From an uncultured Acidobacteriota bacterium (GTDB taxonomy: Bacteria > Acidobacteriota > UBA6911): 64,000 bases of DNA. The DNA lies in the NCBI GenBank assembly GCA_963843575.1, contig CAWJKZ010000019.1:256001-320000 (forward strand). Reading direction: 5' to 3'. A program made the translations under genes and the position numbers. The notes beneath the pieces are model-generated. The model did no database searches. It saw only the letters and a list, made by a program, of their open reading frames with translations, and had not been told where the DNA came from. How positions within the stretch are numbered: position 1 is the stretch's first letter; every line of letters begins with the position of its first letter. Shown piece by piece: positions 18,652 through 28,416 of the stretch.

Positions 18652-21600
18652 ATGACAGAGGATAAGGATCGCCCTACGGCAGAACGCCCCTCCGGGCCAA
18701 CGCCAGACGCCTCACTTGTCGATGATGAAGGGGAAACGGTGTCGGATCGGGACGTCGCGCCGGACACGGAAGAGAATCGCACGCGGTCGTTCCCCGTCGT
18801 TGGCATCGGCGCCTCTGCCGGGGGGCTCGAGGCGTTCACGCGGCTCCTGCAGCACCTTCCCGTCGATACCGGTATGGCCTTTGTTTTTGTCCAGCACCTG
18901 GCTCCCCAGCACTCCAGCATGCTGGCCTCTTTGTTGTCGCGAACGACCACGATGCCGGTCATGGAGGTTCAGCATGGGACGCCGGTTCAACCCAACCACG
19001 TATACGTAATCCCGCCCAATACTCTCATGAGCATCGCGGACACCGTCCTTGAACTGGAGCCTCGCCCCGACGAGCGCGGTGCACCAAGGCCGATCGACCA
19101 TTTCTTCCATTCCCTGGCGGCGGACCGGAAGGGGAGCGGGGTTGGCGTGATCCTCTCCGGTGCGGACTCCGATGGGGCTTTGGGCCTGCAGGCGATTCGC
19201 GGGGAGGGTGGCATCACCATCGTTCAGAGCGAAACCTCGGCAAGACACGCCGACATGCCGCGGGCAGCTATCGCTGCCGGAACAGTGGACATGATCCTGT
19301 CCCCTGAAGAGATTGGCGGTGAGTTGGCGCGGATCACCCGGCACCTATCCACAATCGGACGAAATACTGCAGACGATTCCCGAAAGTGTCCCGGTGACGA
19401 GTCTCAACTGAACAGGATCTTCGCACTCTTGCGGAGGGCGACAGGAGTCGATTTTCGCGGATACAAGCGCGGAACGGTGTGGCGACGCATCACTCGTCGC
19501 ATGATCCCGCGACGCCTGGAGGATATTGAGACCTACATAACCTATCTCGAATCAAATCCTTCGGAGCTGCCGGCCTTGCATGATGACATCCTCATCAATG
19601 TCACCGGTTTCTTCCGCGACCCCGAGGTTTTCCAGGCCTTCGAAAATGAAATTCTGCCCCGACTGGTGCACAAACGGGCGAGCGCTGTGCCCTTGCGTGT
19701 CTGGGTACCGGGCTGTTCGACAGGAGAGGAGGTCTACTCCATCGCGATGTGCCTGGCCGAATCGATTGGCGGCCTCCCTGCCCCATTCCCAATCCAGATC
19801 TTTGGCACCGACCTCAGCGAACGGGCGATTGCGATTGCCCGGAGTGCAATTTACTCGGAGGTCCAATTGGCCGGAGTCTCGCCCGAGCGGCGGGCACGCT
19901 TTTTCGCCAGCGTCGAGAACGGCTGGCAGATCGTCAAATCGGTTCGTGAAATGGGCGTTTTCGCGCGCCAGAACGTGTGCGTCGACCCGCCCTTTTCCCG
20001 CCTCGACCTGATAAGCTGCCGGAACACGCTGATCTATCTCGAGCCTGTCTTGCAGCGCCAGGTGGCCGCTACCTTTCACTATGCGTTGAGACCTAACGGG
20101 TACCTTATGCTGGGTCGTTCGGAGGGCTTGCGTGGCTTCCCGGACCTGTTCTCGGTCATAGACAAGCAGCACAAGTTTTACGCCAGAAGGCCCAGTCGTG
20201 GCCAGGTGAGCACGGAATTGATCACCCGCGGATTTGCCGGTGAACAGCCCGCAACAATCCCATCCCTGCCGTCAGCCCCGAAGGAGAGGTCATTTGAGAC
20301 GGAGCTTGAAAAAGAAGCCGAGCGCATTGTTTGGAGTGAACACGCGCCGGCCTGGGTGATTGTGAACGAAAGGCTCGAGATCATCCACTCCCGTGGGGAC
20401 ACGAGTCCTTATCTGAAACTCGCGCAGGGACGAGCGACACTCGAACTCCTTAAAATGGTGCGGGAAAGCATTCGGGGCGAGTTGCGGGCGCTCCTGACAA
20501 GGGCGAAGGACGAGGATGGTCCGGTCCAGGCGGCCGTCTGGCGAGAAAAGGAGGGCGGCGAAATCGGCGGTGTCGGGTTGGAGGTACGCCGTATAGCGGG
20601 CTCCACGAAACAGGAGGGCTGCTTTCTGGTCCTGTTTTTGGACCGCAGGGTCGTCGGGGCGCCCGCATCGGCGGCGCGATCCGGAAGGAAGCGAGCACAC
20701 GGTGAGACCATGTCCGGCACAGCTGAGGTGGAGCGGCTCCGGCAAGAGCTCGTCCTCACGAGCCAACGGCTCCAATCCATGATTGACGAGCGCGACGCGG
20801 CCAACCAGGATCTCACCTCCGCAAACGAAGAGATTCAGTCGAGCAACGAGGAACTGCAGAGTATCAACGAGGAACTCGAGACCTCAAAGGAAGAACTGCA
20901 GTCGAGCGTTGAGGAACTGAACACGATCAATGCGGAGATGGAGAACCGGAATCAGGAGCTGAACAACCTCAGCGACGACCTGGCCAATATTCTGAGAAGC
21001 GCATCGATGCCGATGCTTGTGATTGACAACGACCTCCGCATCAAACGGCTCACGACCTCGGCCGAGCGCTTCCTCAACTTCCGGTCGAGCGACCTCGGCC
21101 GGCCGATCGCGGATATTCGGACGCCTCTCAGTATGGAGGCACTGGAGCCGATGGTGCGGCGGGTGCTCGAGACACTGAATCCCGAAGAAATGGAGTTGCA
21201 GGATCGCGACGGACGCTGGCACATGCTCCACGTTCGTCCTTATCGGACGTCCGACAACCGGATGGACGGCGCTGTCCTGGTCCTGGTTGACATCGACCAG
21301 GAGCGGCGCGCGTTAATCGCAGCGGAGGCTGCGCGTCAGTTTGCCGAGTCGGTGATAGAGTCGGTTCAAACGCCTCTTCTGGTGCTGTGGAGCGATTTGC
21401 GGGTCCGATTGGCAAACCGGGCCTTCTTCCGCTCGTATGGCTTACAGCCCGCCGACGTCGAGAATCGGTTTTTGTATATGGTGAGCGGCGACCGGTGGAA
21501 CCTGCCTGGCCTGAGAACCGCCCTGGGGCGGCTCTCAGCGGACCAGGAGTCCGTCGATGCTCTCGAATTCGAACAGGAGTATCCCGGATCGGGCAAGAGG

Positions 21601-22503
21601 ACGCTCCTGATCACTGCACGCAGGATCCAGCCGGACGAGGAGCATCAGATACTCCTAGCAATCGAGGACGTCACGGCCCAGAGGCAGGCAGAATCTGTTC
21701 TGCGCACAGAGCAGGAACGGCTGAGGCGCACCGTGCAGAAAGGCGCAGCGGAGCTGGAGAGGACTAGCGAGAGTTTGCGAACCGAAGCTTCGGAAAGAGA
21801 GCGGGCGGAAACGGCCCTGCATCAGAGTGAGGGGGACCTGCTCCACACACGTGAAGAGCTGCGCGCACTGACCGCGAGTCTGCTGACGAGCCAGGAAGAA
21901 GAGCGCCGCCGGGTTTCCAGGGAGCTGCATGACGACTTGAGCCAGAAATTGGCCAAGTTGCAGTTTGACGTGGAGACGCTTGAAAAGCAACTCCCCTCCG
22001 ATCTGACGGACGGGAAGAGACGCCTCCAGAGCATCCGCGACGAGGTCGCTGTCCTTTCCAACGACCTGCGCAGGATCGCGTACGAACTTCATCCGTCGAT
22101 GCTGGATCATCTCGGCCTCCCGGTCGCATTACGGGCCTTCAGCCGCGAGTTTTCCGAGCGCGAGGGGATTCCGGTCAGGTTCAAAGCTCGTAAAGTGCCG
22201 GAACAAATCTCGCCGGAGGTTGCGAGCGCTCTTTATCGAATCACCCAGGAAGCCCTGCGCAACGTCGCCAAGCACGCCGGGAAGACAACCGTGAAAATCA
22301 CGCTGACGGGAGGTCCAAACGAGGTATCGCTGTCGATTCGGGACGATGGCATCGGCTTCGATTCCCACTCGGTGCACGATAAACGCGGACTGGGGCTGAT
22401 CAGCATGCAGGAACGGACGAGGCTGCTCCACGGGGAGTTCTCCCTCGAGACATCCCCGGGACACGGCGTGATCCTTACGATCCGCGTACCCCATATTGTT
22501 TGA
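18652..22503 (+). CDS. CheB/CheR fusion protein with PAS domains and HisKA_3-type histidine kinase
   Basis: GIGASAGG, VQHL (CheB); VTGFFRD, WVPGCSTGEE, ISCRN (CheR); NEELQS coiled coil; RELHDD H-box; DDGIGF...GLG. Confidence 0.93.
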   Translation: MTEDKDRPTAERPSGPTPDASLVDDEGETVSDRDVAPDTEENRTRSFPVVGIGASAGGLEAFTRLLQHLPVDTGMAFVFVQHLAPQHSSMLASLLSRTTTMPVMEVQHGTPVQPNHVYVIPPNTLMSIADTVLELEPRPDERGAPRPIDHFFHSLAADRKGSGVGVILSGADSDGALGLQAIRGEGGITIVQSETSARHADMPRAAIAAGTVDMILSPEEIGGELARITRHLSTIGRNTADDSRKCPGDESQLNRIFALLRRATGVDFRGYKRGTVWRRITRRMIPRRLEDIETYITYLESNPSELPALHDDILINVTGFFRDPEVFQAFENEILPRLVHKRASAVPLRVWVPGCSTGEEVYSIAMCLAESIGGLPAPFPIQIFGTDLSERAIAIARSAIYSEVQLAGVSPERRARFFASVENGWQIVKSVREMGVFARQNVCVDPPFSRLDLISCRNTLIYLEPVLQRQVAATFHYALRPNGYLMLGRSEGLRGFPDLFSVIDKQHKFYARRPSRGQVSTELITRGFAGEQPATIPSLPSAPKERSFETELEKEAERIVWSEHAPAWVIVNERLEIIHSRGDTSPYLKLAQGRATLELLKMVRESIRGELRALLTRAKDEDGPVQAAVWREKEGGEIGGVGLEVRRIAGSTKQEGCFLVLFLDRRVVGAPASAARSGRKRAHGETMSGTAEVERLRQELVLTSQRLQSMIDERDAANQDLTSANEEIQSSNEELQSINEELETSKEELQSSVEELNTINAEMENRNQELNNLSDDLANILRSASMPMLVIDNDLRIKRLTTSAERFLNFRSSDLGRPIADIRTPLSMEALEPMVRRVLETLNPEEMELQDRDGRWHMLHVRPYRTSDNRMDGAVLVLVDIDQERRALIAAEAARQFAESVIESVQTPLLVLWSDLRVRLANRAFFRSYGLQPADVENRFLYMVSGDRWNLPGLRTALGRLSADQESVDALEFEQEYPGSGKRTLLITARRIQPDEEHQILLAIEDVTAQRQAESVLRTEQERLRRTVQKGAAELERTSESLRTEASERERAETALHQSEGDLLHTREELRALTASLLTSQEEERRRVSRELHDDLSQKLAKLQFDVETLEKQLPSDLTDGKRRLQSIRDEVAVLSNDLRRIAYELHPSMLDHLGLPVALRAFSREFSEREGIPVRFKARKVPEQISPEVASALYRITQEALRNVAKHAGKTTVKITLTGGPNEVSLSIRDDGIGFDSHSVHDKRGLGLISMQERTRLLHGEFSLETSPGHGVILTIRVPHIV

Positions 22504-22516
22504 ACAAGGAGCCTGT

Positions 22517-23170
22517 ATGCGACGACCGCGCCTGCTGCTTGCCGATGATCACACATTGCTGCTCGAGGGAATCCGGCTCTTGCTGGAGCCGGAGTTTGAG
22601 CTGGTAGGCAGCGTAGAGGACGGGCGTGCGCTTCTGGAGGCCGCCAAAGATCTCAAGCCCGATGTCATTCTTCTCGATATTTCAATGCCGATTCTGAATG
22701 GAATCGATGCAGCGTACCGGCTCCGGAAGCTTGTGCCATCAGCCAGAGTGATTTTTCTCACAATGCATGCGGATGCAGACTATGTGGCAGAAGCGTTTCG
22801 GGCGGGCGCAGCCGGCTACCTTCTGAAGCGGGCAGCAGCCTCGGAGTTGCTCACCGCAATCCGCGAAGTGATGAAGGGTCATCATTATGTAAGCCCGTTG
22901 GTTACCCGGAATGCCCTGGAAGTGCTGGTCAAATCATCGAAATCGCCGGGCAAGTTCGCACATGCCCTGACTCCGCGCCAGCGCGAAGTCCTGCAACTGG
23001 TGGCCGAAGGCCGAAGTCGGAAAGAAATAGCGGCGATCCTGAACATTTCCGTGAAAACAGTGGAGTTTCACAAGGCGGCAATCGGAGAGAAACTCAACCT
23101 GCGGACTGTTGCGGATTTCACGCGCTATGCCATCGAGCACGGCATCGTTGCGACGGACCGGACCTCTTGA
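22517..23170 (+). CDS. NarL/FixJ family response regulator
   Basis: LLADDH, LLDISMP receiver; LTPRQREV...SVKTVEFH LuxR-type HTH. Confidence 0.93.
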   Translation: MRRPRLLLADDHTLLLEGIRLLLEPEFELVGSVEDGRALLEAAKDLKPDVILLDISMPILNGIDAAYRLRKLVPSARVIFLTMHADADYVAEAFRAGAAGYLLKRAAASELLTAIREVMKGHHYVSPLVTRNALEVLVKSSKSPGKFAHALTPRQREVLQLVAEGRSRKEIAAILNISVKTVEFHKAAIGEKLNLRTVADFTRYAIEHGIVATDRTS

Positions 23171-23496
23171 GCGGCACGAGGGGCCTCTTCGAGACCCGCA
23201 AGGGAGGCCCGGCGGTCAAAGGCATAGGTGCCCCGGGTCCTGCTGAGACCGTGGCCAGGTCGGCGCTCCGCACACGCAGCGATCCGAAACCCGGGCGCTT
23301 TCCTTTCAAAACCTAGGCACTCGCCCAGTTCCCCTCATGCGCGCCTCATTGTAACCTTGCCCTGATTAAACGCCGAACTTCACGTACTCCCACCCTTGTT
23401 TGCTCGCGACGCGAAAAGGGTGAAGGTACTCATGTTGGACAGCTTCACGATCTGGATACCGGCAGGACCGAGGTACGTAGCCAGAGGAAAACCCGG

Positions 23497-24684
23497 ATGC
23501 GCTCTGATCGCCCTCTCGAGAAGGACTGGCTTTCTGCCACCCTCAAAAGCATCGGGGACGGCGTCGTCGCTACCGACCACGAGGGACGAGTCACGTTCAT
23601 GAATCCGGTGGCGGAATCGCTGACCGGGTGGATTGCGGCAGAGGCGGCCGGCCGACCTCTCGCCGAGGTTTTTTCGATCGTCAGCGAGTCCACGCGCGAA
23701 CCAGTCGACAACCTCGTGGAACGTGTCCTGCGGGAAGACGCCGTCGTCGTGTTCCCCGAACCGACGCTTCTTCTGGCGCGCGACGGTACCGAGCGGCCCG
23801 TCGACGACTCGGCAGCCCCGATACGCGGCGAGAACGGGGAGATCAGCGGCGTCGTGCTGGTTTTCCGGGACGCGACCGCGCGTAAGCGCGCCGAGGCGGA
23901 CCGTGCCGAGGTGCACAGCCAGGAGCGGGTGGCGCTGGCCAAGGCGCTCGACCGAGCAAGGGTCGAATCACTGGCCATGGTGTCTCACGAGCTGCGCACG
24001 CCCCTCAACGCGATCCTGGGCTGGTCGCGCCTGCTGCGCTCCCGGAAACTTGATGAACCGAGAGCCTCCCGTGCGCTCGAGGTCATCGAACGCAACGCAC
24101 AGGCTCAGGCGCAGCTCATCAACGATCTTCTCGACTCCTCCCGTATCGCGACGGGCAACCTTAAGTTAGAGATGCAGGCCGTCGATCTCTCTCGGATTAT
24201 CGAGGATGCAGCCGACTCGCTGTGCCCCGCAGCCGAGGATAAGGGCTTGGCCCTGGATCTCGATCTCCCGCCGTCGGCAAGCTCCGTTCGCGGAGATGCC
24301 AACCGTCTCCGCCAGGTGCTGTGGAATCTGCTGTCGAACGCCATCCGCTTCACCCCAGAAGGCGGCCGGATAAAGATGGTGCTTCGATACACCAGCTCCG
24401 ACGCGCGGATCTCCATTGCGGATACGGGCCAGGGAATCCGCGCCGCTTTCAGACCTCACATGTTCGAACGGTTCAGCCAGGATGACCGCACCGCGACGCG
24501 GGCGCATGACGGTTTTGGCCTCGGTCTAGCAATTGTTCGCGAAATCGTGGAACAGCACGGGGGCAAAGTACAGGTTGAGAGCGTTGAAGGACAGGGAACC
24601 ACCTTCAATCTCACTTTGCCGCTGAACCCCGCCTTCAGGTTGCCGAATTGGGAGTCTGAGAAATCCCGGTTGTCAGCGTTGTGA
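23497..24684 (+). CDS. PAS-domain sensor histidine kinase
   Basis: SIGDGVV PAS, SHELRTPL, NLLSNA, DTGQG, GLGL boxes. Confidence 0.9.
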   Translation: MRSDRPLEKDWLSATLKSIGDGVVATDHEGRVTFMNPVAESLTGWIAAEAAGRPLAEVFSIVSESTREPVDNLVERVLREDAVVVFPEPTLLLARDGTERPVDDSAAPIRGENGEISGVVLVFRDATARKRAEADRAEVHSQERVALAKALDRARVESLAMVSHELRTPLNAILGWSRLLRSRKLDEPRASRALEVIERNAQAQAQLINDLLDSSRIATGNLKLEMQAVDLSRIIEDAADSLCPAAEDKGLALDLDLPPSASSVRGDANRLRQVLWNLLSNAIRFTPEGGRIKMVLRYTSSDARISIADTGQGIRAAFRPHMFERFSQDDRTATRAHDGFGLGLAIVREIVEQHGGKVQVESVEGQGTTFNLTLPLNPAFRLPNWESEKSRLSAL

Positions 24685-24705
24685 GCGCCGAGGCCCGAGC
24701 GCTCA

Positions 24706-24817
24706 CTGCGGCGTTGCCACTCCTCGACGATGTCCCCACATCGCCTGCGTCGCGGCGCCTTGCATCTGCCCGCCCGGGGCTCGCGCCAAAGTGGGCCTGT
24801 TATTCTGTGACAGACCC
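24706..24817. mobile_element. Partial MITE: shared internal arm plus one type-A terminal inverted repeat
   Basis: ctgcggcgttgcc...cgccttgcatctgcccgccc...aaagtgggcctgttattctgtgacagaccc is the reverse complement of the left part of 32702-32973. Confidence 0.75.
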
Positions 24818-24913
24818 TATGGCCACGGCAGGTCCCATTCCTCCCGTTCGTCTTCCGCGGGAGCGATCGGAGGCGCTCTCGACGGCAGGTCCATGCCTGG
24901 CCCGCAAAGTCGG

Positions 24914-25804
24914 TCAGGATGCCACGCCCGTGATCTTCGCCACGCGCCGGATCACCCCGGAATCAACCGTCAGCCCTGTCCGCGAGATGGTCTGGAAGTG
25001 AAGCTCATCGCCGGCTATTTCGACGAGCATGAATGAACGGTCCTGGTCGTACCCGACCGCGGTCAGGTCCGTCTTCCTCAGATTGCCCTTCCGCAACGAG
25101 CCCGAAGCTCCTTCGGTGAAATAGCAGATGCCATTTTGCGGCTTCACGCGCTCATAAACGTGCTCGTGTCCGGCGAAGACGACCTGCACCCCGTATTTTA
25201 CGAACAGGGGTTCCAGCAGAAGGCGGAGTTCGGTCGAAGAGCCATGGAAGGCCCCGGAAGAATAGAGCGGGTGATGGAAATAGCAGATTTTCCAGTCCGA
25301 CCCTGAGTTCTGCAGCTCCTTCTCCAGCCACGAGAGCTGCTGCGGGTTCATGTAATTGCTGTCCAGAGCGAAGAAGCGGACGTTGCTCTTCTTGTACGTG
25401 TAATATTTCTGCCCGTTCATGTTGAAAGACTTATAGAACCGCTCGTTGGGGCTGTCGTGGTTGCCGAGCACTGCGTAGAATTTTACGCCCGCATCGAGCA
25501 AGAGCTTGTAGGGCCGCTCGAACTTGCTTTCGTAGTCGCTCGGGTCGCTCCCGCCATAGAGGTTGTCGCCCAGCGCAATCACGAACTCAAAGGGAAATTT
25601 CAGGCGATCCTTAATCATCTGCCCGGCCACTTCATATTGCGGCTTCTCTCCCGTCCCCATGTCGCCGATGACCGCAAAGCGCACCGAGTCCGGTTTCAGC
25701 GGCAGGGCCAGGTTCTGGGCGTAGAGCGACAGGCTTATTGCGGCGAGAGCAACACAGGAGAGAAAAACGGAGCGGCGCATAGCAGGCATAATAGAAAGCC
25801 TCAA
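24914..25804 (-). CDS. Secreted calcineurin-like metallophosphoesterase
   Basis: GDMG, GDNLY, GNHD, HHP, GHEH motifs; signal peptide (likely start near 25780). Confidence 0.9.
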   Translation of the reverse strand: MRLSIMPAMRRSVFLSCVALAAISLSLYAQNLALPLKPDSVRFAVIGDMGTGEKPQYEVAGQMIKDRLKFPFEFVIALGDNLYGGSDPSDYESKFERPYKLLLDAGVKFYAVLGNHDSPNERFYKSFNMNGQKYYTYKKSNVRFFALDSNYMNPQQLSWLEKELQNSGSDWKICYFHHPLYSSGAFHGSSTELRLLLEPLFVKYGVQVVFAGHEHVYERVKPQNGICYFTEGASGSLRKGNLRKTDLTAVGYDQDRSFMLVEIAGDELHFQTISRTGLTVDSGVIRRVAKITGVAS

Positions 25805-26385
25805 CGAATGGCGTTCGGGATGAGATCCACAATCAAACGGGCTTCAGTGTCCTGCAACGTCAGGTCGTGCCCGACGATCCGATACGCCAGCTCCTGGGGC
25901 AGTTCAGGCAGCTTGAGCAATAAAGTCGGCGGCGTGGTCGTCAACGGGATCTCTTCCGGGTACACGTCGTTCACATGCAGAACGACAATCTTAGACGGGC
26001 TGTCCGGGCGGATCGTCTTGCGCGCGAGCCGGCCTTCGGGTCCGTGAAATGTCCTGCCGATGATTTTGCGGAACCGCTCAGTCACCTCGGGAGTGAAGAT
26101 GTCACCCTGACGTGCGTCGCGGCGCGCGTCGGCGATTTTCCTGGCCAGCGCGTGCTGGTGTTCGATAATCTGCGCCGCGTCGTTCGTAGGATTCAGGGCC
26201 GGCAGTGAAGCTTTCAGGTCTTTCTGCATCTTGACGTATTCCTGGACGCGGTCGGTAAAGATCTTGAAGTCGCGCGCCTCCTCGTTGCCCCGCGGCGTCC
26301 GCGCCTGGTCCGCAAAGCCGGGCCCCATAAACGCAAAAAGGGAAAGCCACAGGAGAAGGCGGGTGACCCGGATTCGGCGCTTCAT
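25801..26385 (-). CDS. Secreted hypothetical protein
   Basis: GGGAGG RBS, signal peptide, adjoining the phosphoesterase gene in operon-like fashion. Confidence 0.75.
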   Translation of the reverse strand: MKRRIRVTRLLLWLSLFAFMGPGFADQARTPRGNEEARDFKIFTDRVQEYVKMQKDLKASLPALNPTNDAAQIIEHQHALARKIADARRDARQGDIFTPEVTERFRKIIGRTFHGPEGRLARKTIRPDSPSKIVVLHVNDVYPEEIPLTTTPPTLLLKLPELPQELAYRIVGHDLTLQDTEARLIVDLIPNAIR

Positions 26386-26601
26386 GGATCCTCCCGGACG
26401 GAAAGTAGGACTGCCGATGCAGAACTGCGGGCTCCGGCTGGTGAGCCTTTACTCTGGCACACGCGGTCCATGGCATGATGGACGAGTGCGCGGGGGAAAT
26501 CGCAACAAGGCTTTGCTTCTATGATAACCGCTCGTGCGAACATGTCGCCCCCCGACATCCGACTCCCAGAAGATCCCAGCCGGCAGTTCGAGGCACACTT
26601 C

Positions 26602-26668
26602 CTTATCCCCTGGGACTAATGCACGTGTCAGTTCAATACTGCTCACAGGTTTGGTCAAAATTGCTCAT
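26602..26668 (-). promoter_or_regulatory. Tandem-box promoter P3 (secreted protein and phosphoesterase)
   Basis: Minus strand: ATGAGCAATTTTGACC + GTGAGCAGTATTGAAC; CTGACA-N18-GATAAG. Confidence 0.85.
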
Positions 26669-26754
26669 ACCAGTTAATGAGGGGAGAACTACCGTGTGGG
26701 GCCGGTCCCGAGTTTGTGATGGATGCTTCGCAGGGGCTGAGACTCCTCCAGGGA

Positions 26755-27816
26755 TTATTTCACCATTTCTTCGACACGCTCCCGGACCGCTTCCTTCACC
26801 GCTTCCTTGACCGTCTCTTTCACTTCTTGCGGATTCAGACCCGCGCTCCCGGTCTCTGACACCGCCTCTTTGAGCGCTTCTTTCACGATGGGATTCAGCG
26901 GCGACAGCTCCTTGACCAGCGCTTTCATCGCCTTCTTGAGGACTTTGGGTTGGCTTTCGGACTGCTGTTTCTCTCCGACCGGTCTCATCGCCCAATCCGT
27001 TTCAAAAGTCTTGATTAAGCCGTTCACCACTTTCGGTTCACGGACAATAACGCCGACTTCGCGGCGCGAATCCAGTTCGGCCTGGCGCAGGCTCTGGCTG
27101 CCGACAAAGGCCTGATGGCGGTCGCGGATGATCGTGCGCGTGTGCAAGCGCAGCTTGACGAGATTCCGGACTTCCAGACCAGGGCTTCTCTTGCCAACGC
27201 GGCCGATGACTTTGATCTCCACCCCCGCCTTCATCCGCTCGCTGAGGGCGCGCAGCATTTCCGTGTCGGCGATCTTGGGGTCGTAGATGAGAAGCTCCTT
27301 CTTGGCCTTGCGGATAAACGCGGCGAGCAGTTTGCGGGCGTTGGCGGGGCTGACAACAAAAGTATCCAGTGTGGGTGTATAGGGATTTCGCGTGGTATCC
27401 GCCTCGAATAACTTCACCGCTTCCTGGACCAACCTGGCGTTCCTGGTGACGATGCCGAAGCCGCGACTATGGTCGATATCAAGGTGGGTGAAGTTGAAGG
27501 ACAGGACGTAGAGCAGTCGACGGTCGATGATCATCAGCTTGTCGTGATAGCGCACCAGATCGTCGGCGGTTCGCGAAACGGCGACGCCCACTTCGAGCAG
27601 ACGCATCTCGAGCTTGCGCAGGTTTATCTCGCCGCCCCGGTTGGTGTAGGCAATCAACGCGCTCACCGAAACGCCGCGGCCGACCGCAGCCTTCAGCCCC
27701 GCCTCAATCTCGGCGCGGTCGAAACGGAAGATTACGATTTCGATGCTTTTCTTGGCGCTTCTGATTCCCGAAAGCAGCGCCGCGATTCCGTCGTCAGGTT
27801 GGATTAACAGTTTCAC
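26755..27816 (-). CDS. Phospholipase D superfamily protein (one canonical and one degenerate HKD motif)
   Basis: YHDKLMIID and LHTRTIIRD...VGSQSL. Confidence 0.85.
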   Translation of the reverse strand: MKLLIQPDDGIAALLSGIRSAKKSIEIVIFRFDRAEIEAGLKAAVGRGVSVSALIAYTNRGGEINLRKLEMRLLEVGVAVSRTADDLVRYHDKLMIIDRRLLYVLSFNFTHLDIDHSRGFGIVTRNARLVQEAVKLFEADTTRNPYTPTLDTFVVSPANARKLLAAFIRKAKKELLIYDPKIADTEMLRALSERMKAGVEIKVIGRVGKRSPGLEVRNLVKLRLHTRTIIRDRHQAFVGSQSLRQAELDSRREVGVIVREPKVVNGLIKTFETDWAMRPVGEKQQSESQPKVLKKAMKALVKELSPLNPIVKEALKEAVSETGSAGLNPQEVKETVKEAVKEAVRERVEEMVK

Positions 27817-28211
27817 GGGCGCTTCACCAGGTGGTCAGGCCGAGTTTTAGGGATCGGAAGGCGTTGCACCTCTCTAAAAGGCTCGGTACACGCTTGGGGG
27901 GCGCCAAGCCGCGAGGTACCGCCAAACCAAGCAACACTTGCACTCCTTCCCCTTGAGTGTCAAGTCAAGAAAGAGCATGTGGGACGTGTGAAACGGGTCA
28001 GGGAAGGGCTCGAAAGCATTGGGGAGGATCTCATCGTCGGCGATGTAAGACTCAAAGGCTCGAGGACTCAATCAAGAACAGGGCAACCGTCCGTGCGGGA
28101 TTCAGGGGGTAGTCCACGACCGATTGGGAGCGAGACTTTCAGCGCGAAGCGCCGACCGCTTTAAGTGGTTCCCGAGGCAAGCCGCCGTCTCTTCCGCAGG
28201 TTCTGGCGAGC

Positions 28212-28278
28212 GTGAGCAATTTTGATCAAGTGTGTGAGCAATACTGGGCTGACACGCGAACTGCCGCCGCGGTATAAG
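28212..28278 (+). promoter_or_regulatory. Tandem-box promoter P4 (secreted kinase-like gene)
   Basis: GTGAGCAATTTTGATC + GTGAGCAATACTGGGC; CTGACA-N18-TATAAG. Confidence 0.87.
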
Positions 28279-28416
28279 AAGTGTGGCTCGCGCTGCCAGT
28301 GGCAATAGTGGTGCAGCGCATTACCCTATCTCGCCGCAAGATTCACCGAATTGCGCTCGCGGGCAGCTGTGCGGCAAACCGAGGAATCGGACTGCGCTTT
28401 TTCTTGAGGAGGGACC

